DNA of 64,000 nt from an uncultured Candidatus Saccharibacteria bacterium (GCA_964585475.1 CAZPDF010000003.1:7983-71982); one strand, 5' to 3'. Shown: positions 1 to 9,867, counted from the stretch's first letter. Notes: generated by a model not told the origin, from the letters alone. Numbers and translations: made by a program.

Positions 1-13
1 ATGGGGTTCTTTT

Positions 14-1393
14 TTAAGTACTATTTAGTTTTCTCACTTCTTCTTTGACTACTTCTCTGTCGTCCCAGGGAACCTTAGACCCATTCGGGCCCATGATCCA
101 TGACTCCGCGCCCTTGCCAGTGATAATAACCATGTCGCCCGCCTTGGCCGAGTGCAGGGCCGTACGGATAGCTTCGCGCCTGTCCAGAATTTTTCTTATG
201 GTTGGCGGTTGGCGGTTGGTAGTTGGCGGTTGCCGAAATCCTTGCACAATTTGTTCAAGGATTTCGGCGGGATTTTCGTCATATGGATCTTCATTGGTGA
301 GAATAATTTGGTCGCAAAAGCCCGTTGCAGTTTTTCCCATGACGGGCCGCTTCCATTTATCGCGTCCTCCACCAGCCGCACCCAAAACGCAAATCATGCG
401 CCCCCGGCCAGTCATCCTGAGTCCGCCGGTGGCGGAAGAAGGATCTCCTAGATTCTTCGCTTCGCTCAGAATGACGGAGCGATGCTGTAACGCACCATAC
501 ACCGCACGCAGTGAGTCGGGCGTGTGGGCATAATCGACAACCACCCCAAAGGGCGCGTGCTGGACAAACTCCATCCGCCCGGGAATTCCCGACATGCGTG
601 CGACAGCGCCTATGATTTTTTCCAATGAAATGCACAGGTTTAGGCCCGCGGAAATTGCCGCAAGTATGTTTAGAAAATTAAATTCCCCAAGGAGGGTAGA
701 GGAAATTGTGCGGCCGTTCACATCAAACGAAATCCCGCCGCCGCCAATCTCTATATTCTGTAGGACATGGGTTCTCTCTCCCATCACAACGCCTTCCTTG
801 CCATACCAATTTTTTTTTGCGGAGGTTGCCGAGGAAAACCTTTGCGCGTACGGGTCGTCACGGTTAATAATGGCCGCACCGTCCCTCGGCAGACGCCAGA
901 AAAGGTCAAGTTTTGCCCGAAGATAGCGCTCGAAGCTTCCGTGCGCCTCGATGTGCTCTGGGGAAACGTTGGTCATGACCGCCATGCGAAAATTGATGAA
1001 ACGGTGCCGGAATTGTTTCGTGCCCTCCGACGTCACTTCCAAAACCGCATGCGTGCAACCCGCGCGCCTGGCCTCATGCAAGAATTTCTGCAGGAAAAAT
1101 CTGCCCGGCATGGTCATTTTCTTATCATTTTTCTCCTCGCGGTCCTTTATGCGAAAACGCAGTGAGGATGCAGACGCGGTTTTCAGGCCGGCCTCGCGCA
1201 AAATCTCATGTATTAATTCCACGACGGTAGTTTTACCCTTGGTGCCGGTAACACCGATAACCATTAGCCGCCGCGACGGGAAACCGTAAAACAGCGCCGC
1301 AAAGAAGGCGAGAAATAAATGGTAGGCGGGTCGCAGAAAAGAAAAAACGCGGCTCGGTATTAATTTTTTAAATATCGCAAGCGTACGCTCCAT
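14..1393 (-). CDS. murE: UDP-N-acetylmuramoyl-tripeptide ligase (MurE family), with two in-frame repeat insertions
   Basis: GVTGTKGKTT P-loop, LEVTS, MTNVSPEH, GRME, VVVDYAHTPDSL, GAAGGGRD, TGKGAE Mur-ligase motifs. Confidence 0.9.
   Translation of the reverse strand: MERTLAIFKKLIPSRVFSFLRPAYHLFLAFFAALFYGFPSRRLMVIGVTGTKGKTTVVELIHEILREAGLKTASASSLRFRIKDREEKNDKKMTMPGRFFLQKFLHEARRAGCTHAVLEVTSEGTKQFRHRFINFRMAVMTNVSPEHIEAHGSFERYLRAKLDLFWRLPRDGAAIINRDDPYAQRFSSATSAKKNWYGKEGVVMGERTHVLQNIEIGGGGISFDVNGRTISSTLLGEFNFLNILAAISAGLNLCISLEKIIGAVARMSGIPGRMEFVQHAPFGVVVDYAHTPDSLRAVYGALQHRSVILSEAKNLGDPSSATGGLRMTGRGRMICVLGAAGGGRDKWKRPVMGKTATGFCDQIILTNEDPYDENPAEILEQIVQGFRQPPTTNRQPPTIRKILDRREAIRTALHSAKAGDMVIITGKGAESWIMGPNGSKVPWDDREVVKEEVRKLNST
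200..232. repeat. Heptamer tandem repeat (GGTTGGC)n in-frame in murE
   Basis: ggttggcggttggcggttggtagttggcggttg; encodes QPPTTNRQPPT. Confidence 0.85.
411..475. repeat. Palindromic element (GTCATCCTGAG...CTCAGAATGAC family) in-frame in murE, containing a TCCGCC/GGCGGA mini-hairpin
   Basis: Terminal inverted repeats visible; encodes VILSEAKNLGDPSSATGGLRMT; homologous intergenic copies elsewhere in the window. Confidence 0.9.
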
Positions 1394-1396
1394 AAG

Positions 1397-1879
1397 CTAG
1401 GGCCTGTTGATAATGCTGCCGATATATATTACCGCAACCGCTAGACTATTTACCAAAATAATTTTGAAGCTCGCGTCAATTCGATAATTTGGGGAAAATA
1501 GCGCGGTAAGGGCCGCCACCAGAAATAAAACCAGCCAGAGCAGAACGAATATCTCTCCTAAATATAAACTGGGGTGAGAGCGACGGCGCTTTCGGATTTC
1601 CTTCAAAATGACGTACACTCCGACCGCGCCTAAATACGGCTCCTGCAGCGCGTCAAGCAAAAAGAAAAGTAGAGAAGGCCCTTCTTCAAGGTGCTGAAAA
1701 AAAGCAAAAGCTAACGCCGCCAAATATAAATACGTGAATACGCCGAGTATCCAAAAAAGCCAGTCCACCGCCTCTTTTTTCAACATTTCCTCGCAGATTA
1801 TCTCGTCAAATTCCTCTCCGCGTCCGGAGGGTTTAACTATAAGACGACAGACGATTTTTTTGGCGGGAAGAAACCACAT
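1397..1879 (-). CDS. Hypothetical membrane protein (about 4 TM helices; true start may be downstream)
   Basis: Hydrophobic segments; co-directional and tightly packed between femAB-like gene and murE. Confidence 0.6.
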   Translation of the reverse strand: MWFLPAKKIVCRLIVKPSGRGEEFDEIICEEMLKKEAVDWLFWILGVFTYLYLAALAFAFFQHLEEGPSLLFFLLDALQEPYLGAVGVYVILKEIRKRRRSHPSLYLGEIFVLLWLVLFLVAALTALFSPNYRIDASFKIILVNSLAVAVIYIGSIINRP

Positions 1880-1889
1880 GGAGGAGAAC

Positions 1890-2909
1890 TTAAAACTTAG
1901 AACTTAGAGATCGGGCGAGGATATATGCCCTATAAAGCCACGGGCGATAAATAATATCAATCGTCGGAGGATATTCAACATCCTTGCCGCCGAAGCCCTG
2001 CTTAAACCGAGTGAGACCCGGCCAGCGTTTTTCATCGATTCCCCCAAAATCGTAATATTTGAATCCGTGGCGCTTGGCCTCCTGCATAATTCTCCAGTGG
2101 AGCAGATGCGGCGCCATCATCTCTCGGGACTCGCGGCTGGATGCGCCGTGAAGATAGGTGGCGGTGCCCGAGGGCTTGTAAAAATTTATCATGGCGGCGG
2201 CAAGCAGTTTTCCCTGAAATTCGGCAAAAAAAAGTTCGGTTGCACAGTTTTCCGATCGGACACTGGGCAGTTTAACGTAGTGCTCTCGCTCATGCAGATG
2301 GAATTCGTCTCGCACCGCGGTCTCTCGGAGAAGCGCGAGAAACCTAAGGATATTCTCGTTGTTATATGCGGCTTGCAAAGCGACCACTCCCTTGCGTTCG
2401 GCCAGACGAATGTTATAGCGCGTCTTATCGTGCATGGCCGCTAGCAATCCGTTTTCCGGTTTTTGAAGATCCGCAACAATGGTTCTTTGCGGCTGGACCG
2501 GTCTTGAAACTTTAAACTTTAAACTTCCAACTTTCAACTTTTCCGCGACGTCTATTCGCAAAAAAATAGCCCCCTCTTCGCGCGCGATATTCCTGGCACC
2601 CATCAAGAAATCGTTTACCCCGCCCTTGAACCCCGCTCTTTCGGAAAAGGGCGGGGTGAATGCTCCGTCTTGCCGCGGGGTTATCATAGCATTCGTGTTT
2701 ATCCTTACCGCAGGGCTTAACGCTCCGTGGTCAAGGGCGGGGTTTACTCCTTCACGAAAAACCGGCCGTGGGCAATATAAATAATGAAGGCCACGCCAAA
2801 GATCATGACGAATGAGCAGCACGCCGGCTACGCGGTGCGTTTCTCTGCCAATAAGTTTTTGGGATTCCTCCCATTCGGAGGACTGAAGGAATGAGGCTTG
2901 ACCTACCAT
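1890..2909 (-). CDS. FemAB/FemX-family lipid II aminoacyltransferase (peptidoglycan bridge formation)
   Basis: FLQSSEW, KTRYNIRLAERKGV, YLHGASS, YDFGG, GLTRFKQGFGG motifs. Confidence 0.85.
   Translation of the reverse strand: MVGQASFLQSSEWEESQKLIGRETHRVAGVLLIRHDLWRGLHYLYCPRPVFREGVNPALDHGALSPAVRINTNAMITPRQDGAFTPPFSERAGFKGGVNDFLMGARNIAREEGAIFLRIDVAEKLKVGSLKFKVSRPVQPQRTIVADLQKPENGLLAAMHDKTRYNIRLAERKGVVALQAAYNNENILRFLALLRETAVRDEFHLHEREHYVKLPSVRSENCATELFFAEFQGKLLAAAMINFYKPSGTATYLHGASSRESREMMAPHLLHWRIMQEAKRHGFKYYDFGGIDEKRWPGLTRFKQGFGGKDVEYPPTIDIIYRPWLYRAYILARSLSSKF
2617..2743. repeat. Nested CCCC..GGGG palindromes in-frame in femAB-like gene
   Basis: Outer IR accccgcccttga (2617-2629)/tcaagggcggggt (2731-2743); inner IR accccgctcttt/aaagggcggggt (2630-2657). 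Confidence 0.85.
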
Positions 2910-2953
2910 GGGAATACGTATACATTAAGGAGGTTTACTGGGGAGGATATAAG

Positions 2954-3463
2954 ATGCCCGCCACCGTCTCCGCGATGGAAGAAAAAATCAAACAAGAGCT
3001 TTTTCAAAAGGTTAAACCGGTATACCACCTTCGCGATTTCATTAAGTACCTGGGGGCTTCGCTGACCTATAAACCGGACCCGGAAACCGTGTTCATTGGC
3101 TTGGGTTGGGAACTATCGTTCGACATGGTGGGGGAAAGAATTGTCCTAGGCCATGATCACATTGCAACGCCAGAATTCATTGAACGATACGGTGATCGAG
3201 AAATTATCAATATAATTCTCGAGGTGTGGTTCGACTTCTATAACGAAGCGGATGGCGTGGACATTTACTTTAACTTACCCGAGCATCAAGATCTTCTTTC
3301 TTTAAAGAATGAGCCGGTTTGCATCGCTAACAATTATTATATGCTCCTTAGAAACATTCTTTGGCACCTCAAACAGACATCAGAGAAACGGGCGAAATAT
3401 TTAACTCCTCCGGACCCGAAAGATGTGCTGGCCAAAAGAGCAAAAGCATCTGGTCGTTCCTAG
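2954..3463 (+). CDS. Hypothetical protein
   Basis: ORF with GGAGG RBS before ATG 2954; no recognised motif. Confidence 0.6.
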   Translation: MPATVSAMEEKIKQELFQKVKPVYHLRDFIKYLGASLTYKPDPETVFIGLGWELSFDMVGERIVLGHDHIATPEFIERYGDREIINIILEVWFDFYNEADGVDIYFNLPEHQDLLSLKNEPVCIANNYYMLLRNILWHLKQTSEKRAKYLTPPDPKDVLAKRAKASGRS

Positions 3464-3475
3464 TGGAACGACTTT

Positions 3476-4057
3476 TCATTTTCTTCCGCCGAGTTTCTTC
3501 AGCGCCTCCTTCACCTGCTTCTCGGCGCTGGCAATTTCTTTGGGAACTCCCGAGAGCGCCTCGCGCGCCTCTCTCTGCGAGTAACCGAGGGAAACCAACG
3601 CCTCAAGCGCGTCTGCTTCTTCTTTAAGTTCCGGGGCCTCTACGGTTACTCCGCGTCCGGCCATTTTTTCTTTAAGTTCGAGGACTATTTTCTCTGCGGT
3701 TTTTCTGCCAATTCCGGAAACACGCGTTAAATAAGAAGTGTCGCCAGAAGCAATGGCTTTTTTCAGCGTATCTACGGGGGCAATACCCAAAACCCCCAGA
3801 CCGCCTTTGGGGCCAATACCCGGAACCCCGAGCAGCGTATCAAATAGTTCAAGCTCCGCATACTGCAAAAATCCGTAAAGCTCCAGCGCGTCCTCCCGGA
3901 CATAGGTATGGGTCCAGACTTTGGCATTTTGTCCTTTTTCGGGTATTTTTTGCAGAGTTTCTCTCCCAACAAAAATTTTATAGCCAATCCCGCCAACATT
4001 TACCACCACATACTTCATTCCCTTAAACTCGATTTTGCCCTCAAGATACGCAATCAT
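3476..4057 (-). CDS. ruvA: Holliday junction DNA-binding protein RuvA
   Basis: MIAYLEG, VGGIGY, VREDALELYGF, GIGPK and GIGRKTAEKI HhH motifs, ALVSLGY; start reassigned to 4057. Confidence 0.95.
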   Translation of the reverse strand: MIAYLEGKIEFKGMKYVVVNVGGIGYKIFVGRETLQKIPEKGQNAKVWTHTYVREDALELYGFLQYAELELFDTLLGVPGIGPKGGLGVLGIAPVDTLKKAIASGDTSYLTRVSGIGRKTAEKIVLELKEKMAGRGVTVEAPELKEEADALEALVSLGYSQREAREALSGVPKEIASAEKQVKEALKKLGGRK

Positions 4058-4096
4058 TGCTTTCATTATAAAACAAATGGCTCGCCAAAGAAAATG

Positions 4097-4200
4097 GCCG
4101 CAAGTATGCCCGGTAGTAACTCTTCGACTGTCGAACACTCAACGTATTGAGTGCTCGACAAAAAACGGCAGTAGTCGAAGACTACTGCCGGGTATGCGGC
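4097..4200 (+). other. Structured repeat element copy 1 (ATGCCCGG-AGTAACTCTTCG family); contains a minus-strand terminator-like hairpin
   Basis: Ends atgcccggtagtaactcttcgactg / cagtagtcgaagactactgccgggtat homologous to 17558-17702 and 21504-21699. Confidence 0.75.
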
Positions 4201-4225
4201 TTATGATTGAACTACTTTTATGGAA

Positions 4226-4726
4226 TTATCGGATGGGGATCTTCCTCCCAAGAACTTCCGTCTGCCCTTCGTAAAGCGTGAGGTTTACGTGGGAAAAAAC
4301 CGGGTCATTGCGATACCAGTCTTGAACAATATCGCTTCCCCGCATCCACCCGCCGTCTTCCGCCTTCAGGAAGTTAATCACGCCCCGCGGAGTTAAAAAC
4401 CGCTTCCAGATTATCGTCTCGTAATTGCCGACTAGAAACGAGTGCACCATACCCATGCAATCCGGCAAAAAATCTCCCCCAACCCTCCGAGCCGGATCCG
4501 GCTGATAAAGAAAGGTACGCACGGTATGGAACGGCCGCGGAGCTCCCCAGGGCGGTCGCTCCTTTTCTAACTCCGCTTCCAAAAGCAAGACCAGCGACCA
4601 TCCGGAATCTTCGGGGTCCATTTCCTTCGGGCACTCGATCCCCGCTGCTCTTGATGGAGCCGGAAGCATAAAGGTGGTAGCGAATAAAACTAAAAGAGCG
4701 GCGACGACGCTAGATAAAAAGCGCAT
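4226..4726 (-). CDS. Hypothetical secreted protein
   Basis: Signal-peptide-like N-terminus MRFLSSVVAALLVLFA..SRA; GAGG RBS. Confidence 0.6.
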   Translation of the reverse strand: MRFLSSVVAALLVLFATTFMLPAPSRAAGIECPKEMDPEDSGWSLVLLLEAELEKERPPWGAPRPFHTVRTFLYQPDPARRVGGDFLPDCMGMVHSFLVGNYETIIWKRFLTPRGVINFLKAEDGGWMRGSDIVQDWYRNDPVFSHVNLTLYEGQTEVLGRKIPIR

Positions 4727-4822
4727 ATTCGACCTCGCAGGAATTGATCTATCCGTACCGCACCCCGAATCCCCCGTCAAGTTTCAAAAACAAATACCGG
4801 CCGCGAGGCCGGATGAATAAAT

Positions 4823-5326
4823 CTATCTTGAGACCGGTGTTGGCAAGACCGGAGAGGGCACGGACGACTCGCGGGGGCTCTTGAGCCGAATCTCCATCCC
4901 TTGCGGAGAATTGCCCGGCCAGGGATCAAGCGTTACAGTTACAGTTACAGTCATCTCCAAGGTTTCCGCATCTAGAACATAGCCCACCCAGGCTCCCGCC
5001 CCATCAACCCAGCGGCCGTCCTGCAAGCGAATAGAGACAAAGGGATTAACCGCCCTATGATCCTTATCGAGCACGAAAACAGTACGAAGAAAGGGCTGCT
5101 CCCGGCACTCAATGAGGAGCGATTGGAGAAACCCTCGGCAGTTAGGAATCGAGGGGTGCTGGAACCAACGCATCACCACATATTGATCTTTGTGGATGTT
5201 GAGCGGGAGCCATTTGTCAAAGGAATCCAGAATGGCGTCGCACTTTTCTTTGGGGGCGGATATGTAGGGGCTGGCTCCCCCAGGAAGTACTGCCAACACT
5301 GCCAAAGCCAAAGCCGCACCCGTCAT
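4823..5326 (-). CDS. Hypothetical secreted protein
   Basis: Hydrophobic N-terminus; GAGG RBS upstream; tandem with the 4226-4726 gene. Confidence 0.55.
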   Translation of the reverse strand: MTGAALALAVLAVLPGGASPYISAPKEKCDAILDSFDKWLPLNIHKDQYVVMRWFQHPSIPNCRGFLQSLLIECREQPFLRTVFVLDKDHRAVNPFVSIRLQDGRWVDGAGAWVGYVLDAETLEMTVTVTVTLDPWPGNSPQGMEIRLKSPRESSVPSPVLPTPVSR

Positions 5327-5380
5327 TGCTTATTTCCTCTTTTACTGGTTCTACCAGAAGGATAAAATCTTTTAGTGTTC

Positions 5381-7354
5381 ATGTCAAAATTTAAACTCGT
5401 ATCAAACTTTAAACCCACCGGCGACCAGCCACAGGCAATCGAGAAGCTTGCGGCGAATTTACGTGCCGGCGTGGAGCACCAAACACTTCTGGGCGTAACG
5501 GGTAGCGGCAAAACGTTTACTGTGGCAAACGTAATTGAGCGGGTGCAGAAACCGACCCTCGTCATCTCTCACAACAAAACTCTGGCCGCCCAACTCTATC
5601 AGGAATTCAAAGAATTTTTTCCGGCGAGTGTGGTGCATTATTTTGTATCCTACTACGACTACTATCAGCCCGAGGCCTATATCCCGCAAAGCGACACCTA
5701 CATAGAAAAGGACGCCAAGATCAATGAAATGATTGATGCCCTGCGGCACGCCTCAACCGCGTCGTTGCTCACCCGCCGCGATGTTATTATCGTTGCCTCG
5801 GTATCTTGCATCTACGGTATCGGAAACCCAGAAGAATATCAAAAAACTTCTATCGAAATAAAACCCGGCGAGAAAATCTCGCAAAAAAGCCTTATACGGC
5901 AGCTAGTGCTGCTTCAGTACACAAGAAACCCCATTGATCCGCGCCAAGGACATTTCCGCACTCGAGAAAATGTCATAGAAATATATCTGCCGTCGGGAGA
6001 GAACAAAATCTCCATAGAGATTGCGTACGGGAGAATCGCAAATATAAACGAATCAAAAGCTAATTTTGGCGGATCGCGTATCGAGATCAGTAAATGCCGG
6101 ATTTATCCTGCGAAACACTTTGTAACTCCGCAGGAAAAACTGGGGCTCGCAATAGAAAATATAAAAAAGGAGCTTAAGGAGCGCCTGGCCGAACTTAAAA
6201 AACGGGGCAAGGTCCTTGAAGCCGCGCGCCTGAAACAGCGGACAGAGTTTGACCTTGAAATGCTCGATCACACGGGCTACGTCAATGGAATTGAGAACTA
6301 CTCGCGGCATCTCGATTTCCGGAAATCCGGCACTCCTCCCTTTACGCTTATGGATTACTTTCACCATGCGCACGGCGGTAGTTTCCTTACCGTAATTGAT
6401 GAGTCGCACGCAACAGTCCCCCAGATTCGCGGAATGTACAACGGAGACCGTGCTCGAAAAGAAGTACTTATCGAGTACGGATTCCGTCTCCCCTCCGCAC
6501 TCGATAACCGCCCCCTCAAGTTCGAGGAGTTCAATAAAAAAGTGGATCAAGTAATTTACGTTTCCGCGACTCCGGCGCCGTATGAGCTCGAGCGGTCAAA
6601 TGTCGGGAGTCAGATGTCAACTGTCGTCGAACAACTCGTCCGCCCGACAGGAATCCTTGATCCCCAAACAGAAATCCGGCCCACCAAAAACCAGATTAAA
6701 GACGTCATTAAAGAAATCAAAAACCGTGTTGCCAAAAAAGAGCGATCGCTGGTGATGGCGCTCACCAAACGCCTGGCCGAGGATATTGCGGAGTATCTTA
6801 CCGAGGCCGGAATCAAGGCCGAGTATCTGCATTCTGAAATCAAGACCCTTGAGCGCCCGGAGGTTTTGAAAAAATTAAGAACCGGCGAACATGACGTGGT
6901 CGTGGGAATAAATCTCCTCCGCGAGGGGCTCGATCTTCCGGAGGTTTCGTTTATTGCGATCCTCGACGCCGATAAGGAGGGATTTCTGCGAAACGAAACC
7001 ACGTTGCTTCAAATAATCGGCCGCGCTGCTCGCCATACCAACGGAAAAGTTATTCTTTACGCTGACGCGGTCACCGGCTCCATGAGGGCGGCTATCAAAG
7101 AGACCGATCGGCGCAGAAAAATCCAGGAAGAGTATAATCGCGAGCACCAGATAACTCCTAAGAAAATCGAGAAGGCGATCCGCGAGTCGTTGCTTGAAGA
7201 ACTTAAAAAGGAAGGTGAAGTTCCGCTACCGGAAGGGCCTATCAAAGAAATCGTGAAGTCGCTGGAGAAAGAAATGAAAAGGGCGGTACGCGAGCTAAAC
7301 TTCGAGCTTGCGGCGCGTATCCGCGATAGGATAAAACAATTGACATCGCGCTAG
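5381..7354 (+). CDS. uvrB: Excinuclease ABC subunit B
   Basis: PTGDQPQAI, LLGVTGSGKT, YFVSYYDYYQPEAY, DESH, GFRLPSALDNRPL, C-terminal UVR domain. Confidence 0.98.
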   Translation: MSKFKLVSNFKPTGDQPQAIEKLAANLRAGVEHQTLLGVTGSGKTFTVANVIERVQKPTLVISHNKTLAAQLYQEFKEFFPASVVHYFVSYYDYYQPEAYIPQSDTYIEKDAKINEMIDALRHASTASLLTRRDVIIVASVSCIYGIGNPEEYQKTSIEIKPGEKISQKSLIRQLVLLQYTRNPIDPRQGHFRTRENVIEIYLPSGENKISIEIAYGRIANINESKANFGGSRIEISKCRIYPAKHFVTPQEKLGLAIENIKKELKERLAELKKRGKVLEAARLKQRTEFDLEMLDHTGYVNGIENYSRHLDFRKSGTPPFTLMDYFHHAHGGSFLTVIDESHATVPQIRGMYNGDRARKEVLIEYGFRLPSALDNRPLKFEEFNKKVDQVIYVSATPAPYELERSNVGSQMSTVVEQLVRPTGILDPQTEIRPTKNQIKDVIKEIKNRVAKKERSLVMALTKRLAEDIAEYLTEAGIKAEYLHSEIKTLERPEVLKKLRTGEHDVVVGINLLREGLDLPEVSFIAILDADKEGFLRNETTLLQIIGRAARHTNGKVILYADAVTGSMRAAIKETDRRRKIQEEYNREHQITPKKIEKAIRESLLEELKKEGEVPLPEGPIKEIVKSLEKEMKRAVRELNFELAARIRDRIKQLTSR

Positions 7355-7368
7355 TAATTCTCTATCCT
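7340..7368 (+). promoter_or_regulatory. Sigma70 promoter for rpsT (likely leaderless mRNA)
   Basis: TTGACA-17 nt-TATCCT, 6 nt before ATG 7375. Confidence 0.6.
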
Positions 7369-7374
7369 ACGTTC

Positions 7375-7644
7375 ATGCCCATAACTAAATCAGCCAAAAA
7401 GGCCCTGCGCCAGTCCCACAGACGGCGCGCACAAAACCTCATAAAAAAAGAGGCGTATAAACGCTTGGTAAAAGAGATCAAAAAGCATGTTACCTCCGGG
7501 AAAATGAAGGAGGCGGAGAAACTTCTTCCTCAACTCTATAAGGCGCTGGACAAGGCGGCCAAAACCAATGTCATCAAGAAAAACAAAGCCGCGCGTCTAA
7601 AATCGCGTTTGACTAAGCTCCTCCAACAAGCAACGAAAAAGTAA
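7375..7644 (+). CDS. rpsT: 30S ribosomal protein S20
   Basis: MPITKSAKKALRQS, LDKAAK, KNKAARLKSRL. Confidence 0.97.
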   Translation: MPITKSAKKALRQSHRRRAQNLIKKEAYKRLVKEIKKHVTSGKMKEAEKLLPQLYKALDKAAKTNVIKKNKAARLKSRLTKLLQQATKK

Positions 7645-7657
7645 TCATGGGTATTAG

Positions 7658-7698
7658 TTACATAAAATTTCCGACGATCTTCGGAAATTTTATGTAAG
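7658..7698. terminator. Long hairpin between convergent rpsT and holA
   Basis: ttacataaaatttccga-cgatct-tcggaaattttatgtaa perfect stem. Confidence 0.6.
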
Positions 7699-7739
7699 AA
7701 TCATTTTGGGTGGAAGTCCGCTAGCTAAAACGTTGGCGC

Positions 7740-8486
7740 CTACTTTCTGTTCCTCTCAAGTAACATGGCAAGCAGCGAATCCTGCGGACGTGAGATGCCG
7801 GTTTTAATCCGGTGGTCTTCTTCAAAGAAGCGGCGGAAAAAATAATGAAGCTGCTCGCGAGAAAATGAACGCACCATCGAAACGGCCTTTTTGGCAACAT
7901 AGGGATGAATGCCGGAGGAGGCCGGGACGGCTTTTCCCTGCTCGTCGTATGATTTTATCACCAAAAGTTTTCGCGCGTGGTTAGCCAGGTAGGAGAAAAG
8001 ATTAAAATCGTCGTGGCCCTGCGAAATAAGTTTCAGTAAATTCCGCAACGCTTCCCGCTTGGCTACAAAAAAAGTGTCGCCGAGTGCGAATACCGAGGCC
8101 TCTTTTCCGCCCGAGGCGGACCCGCCTACGGCGGAAAATTCCTGAACTTTTTGACAAAACGCACGCAATTTCTTAAGCTCCGGCCCTTCAAGCTCGCGAT
8201 CCCAAAGAATTATGGTGGCTTGCAGATCGTCCTTAAATGTCTCTAAAATTTTATAAAGATCTTCCTGGTACGGGCTGGCGGAAAAGTATTTGAGAACAAC
8301 CAGTTTCTTCGCCGCAAAGAGGGCGCCGGTTTGAAGCGCTCCTTTTATCTTGTCCGGCGATTCCTCTTCCGCGTCAAAAATATAGTAATTCAAGTTCGCT
8401 CCCGCGCGCGACCGGAATTCTTCAATAATTTCATTTAGTTTCTCGCGACTCCGCCAGGTGCCGCTTCCGTATAAAAGGTAAATCAT
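7740..8486 (-). CDS. holA: DNA polymerase III delta subunit (short form)
   Basis: MIYLLYG, LFAAKKLVV, IHPYVAKK, DHRIKTG; located next to rpsT as usual. Confidence 0.8.
   Translation of the reverse strand: MIYLLYGSGTWRSREKLNEIIEEFRSRAGANLNYYIFDAEEESPDKIKGALQTGALFAAKKLVVLKYFSASPYQEDLYKILETFKDDLQATIILWDRELEGPELKKLRAFCQKVQEFSAVGGSASGGKEASVFALGDTFFVAKREALRNLLKLISQGHDDFNLFSYLANHARKLLVIKSYDEQGKAVPASSGIHPYVAKKAVSMVRSFSREQLHYFFRRFFEEDHRIKTGISRPQDSLLAMLLERNRK
8105..8136. repeat. Double TCCGCC/GGCGGA mini-hairpin in-frame in holA
   Basis: ttccgcccgaggcggacccgcctacggcggaa encodes SAVGGSASGG; intergenic homolog at 19590-19619. Confidence 0.8.
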
Positions 8487-8986
8487 TTTTGCACTGCGAT
8501 AAACTGGCGAATAATCATCTGGTTTCTTGATTCTAAATATTCGCCCGTGTAATCAAACCAGACGCGTAAAAAATCGTCCTGTTTTAATTTTCGCAGTTTA
8601 CCGATTTCGGGATCTTGAAGATAAATATACTGCCGGTCAAGCCCGACCACAATAGAGTAATGCCCATCGGCCACAGCTGAATTTGGATAGTCGCGTCGGC
8701 CGCGAGTAAACCAATTTACTATCACTGGAACTCCGCGCTTGGTATATCTTTCAACGTCCTTAAGTGATGCATTATTTTTAACTATTGGCTTAAGCTCAAA
8801 TTTTCGAACTACGTTTATAATTGTTTCGTCGCTCGTGCCACCTATTTTTGTGGTTCTGGCAAGTTTCGCAAGTTCCTTCTCGGATTTATTAATGCCATAA
8901 TATTGCAAAACCATTTTTAGCACGGCTGGCCCGCAGTAACCACTATTTAGCGTTTCCTGAAATGGTTTTATTTTTAGCAGCTTCAT
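8483..8986 (-). CDS. Peptidase C39-like cysteine protease domain protein
   Basis: Q..YCGPAVLKMVLQYYG, GHYSIVVG, QDP catalytic C/H/D pattern; ATGA overlap with mutM. Confidence 0.8.
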   Translation of the reverse strand: MKLLKIKPFQETLNSGYCGPAVLKMVLQYYGINKSEKELAKLARTTKIGGTSDETIINVVRKFELKPIVKNNASLKDVERYTKRGVPVIVNWFTRGRRDYPNSAVADGHYSIVVGLDRQYIYLQDPEIGKLRKLKQDDFLRVWFDYTGEYLESRNQMIIRQFIAVQK

Positions 8987-9777
8987 TTCTGGTGTCTGGG
9001 ACAATAATGCGCCGATCTTTGCCCAATTACTATTCTTCTAATAATCGCTCCGCAACGGGAGCACCTCTCTTCCGCCCTTTGATACGCCTTGCGGATTTTA
9101 TAATATCCGCCCTCGCTACCGTCCGGTTTCCTGTAATCCCTTGAGCTCGTGCCTTCTTTTCGGATGGCCAGATGCAGAACCTTTTTTGCTGCCGAATAAA
9201 GCACTCGACTTTCTTTTTCGGAAAGCGAATCGGCACTCCGGGTTGGTTTTATTCCAGCATACCACAAAATTTCATCCGAGTAGATGTTGCCGATGCCGGA
9301 AATTATTTTCTGATTGAGAAGCAGGCTTTTTACGGCGCCGCTCCGGAGGCGTATTAAACTTTCAAATTTTTCAAACTTGAGTGCTAGGGCATCCGGCCCA
9401 GCAAGCTTATGGGGCGCAGAAACTATCCGGCACCAGCCGAATTGCCGAATGTCATTGAATACTAGCCGCTGTCCGCCGGAGAGCTGAAAAATCAACCTAT
9501 CATGTGGGGCTTTTTTTACGGGATCTAAAAACAACCGCCCAGTCATCATAAGGTGCAGGGCAAAACATGCGCCGCCGGAAAGCTCGAAAATTATATTTTT
9601 CCCAAGACGCGATATGTTTTTGATTCTTCTTCCGGCAACAGATTTTACGAATTCTTGGGAATTTTTGTGGTACCTTAAAACGCGCCTGCCCCTTGTTTCA
9701 ACGCTCAAAATCCGCTTACCGCGGATTTTGGGACGGAGATAGCGAACTATCGTTTCTACTTCCGGAAGTTCTGGCAT
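8983..9777 (-). CDS. mutM: Formamidopyrimidine-DNA glycosylase
   Basis: MPELPEVET, HLMMTG, GIGNIYSDE, C-terminal zinc finger (CSRC..CPRHQ). Confidence 0.97.
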   Translation of the reverse strand: MPELPEVETIVRYLRPKIRGKRILSVETRGRRVLRYHKNSQEFVKSVAGRRIKNISRLGKNIIFELSGGACFALHLMMTGRLFLDPVKKAPHDRLIFQLSGGQRLVFNDIRQFGWCRIVSAPHKLAGPDALALKFEKFESLIRLRSGAVKSLLLNQKIISGIGNIYSDEILWYAGIKPTRSADSLSEKESRVLYSAAKKVLHLAIRKEGTSSRDYRKPDGSEGGYYKIRKAYQRAEERCSRCGAIIRRIVIGQRSAHYCPRHQK

Positions 9778-9867
9778 ATGGAAAAGGTATCAAATCTTTT
9801 ATGAAAATACTACAGCCCCACACAAAAAGGTGGGGCTCGTTGGTCGCCTGCGTGCCTGTCCATAGTA

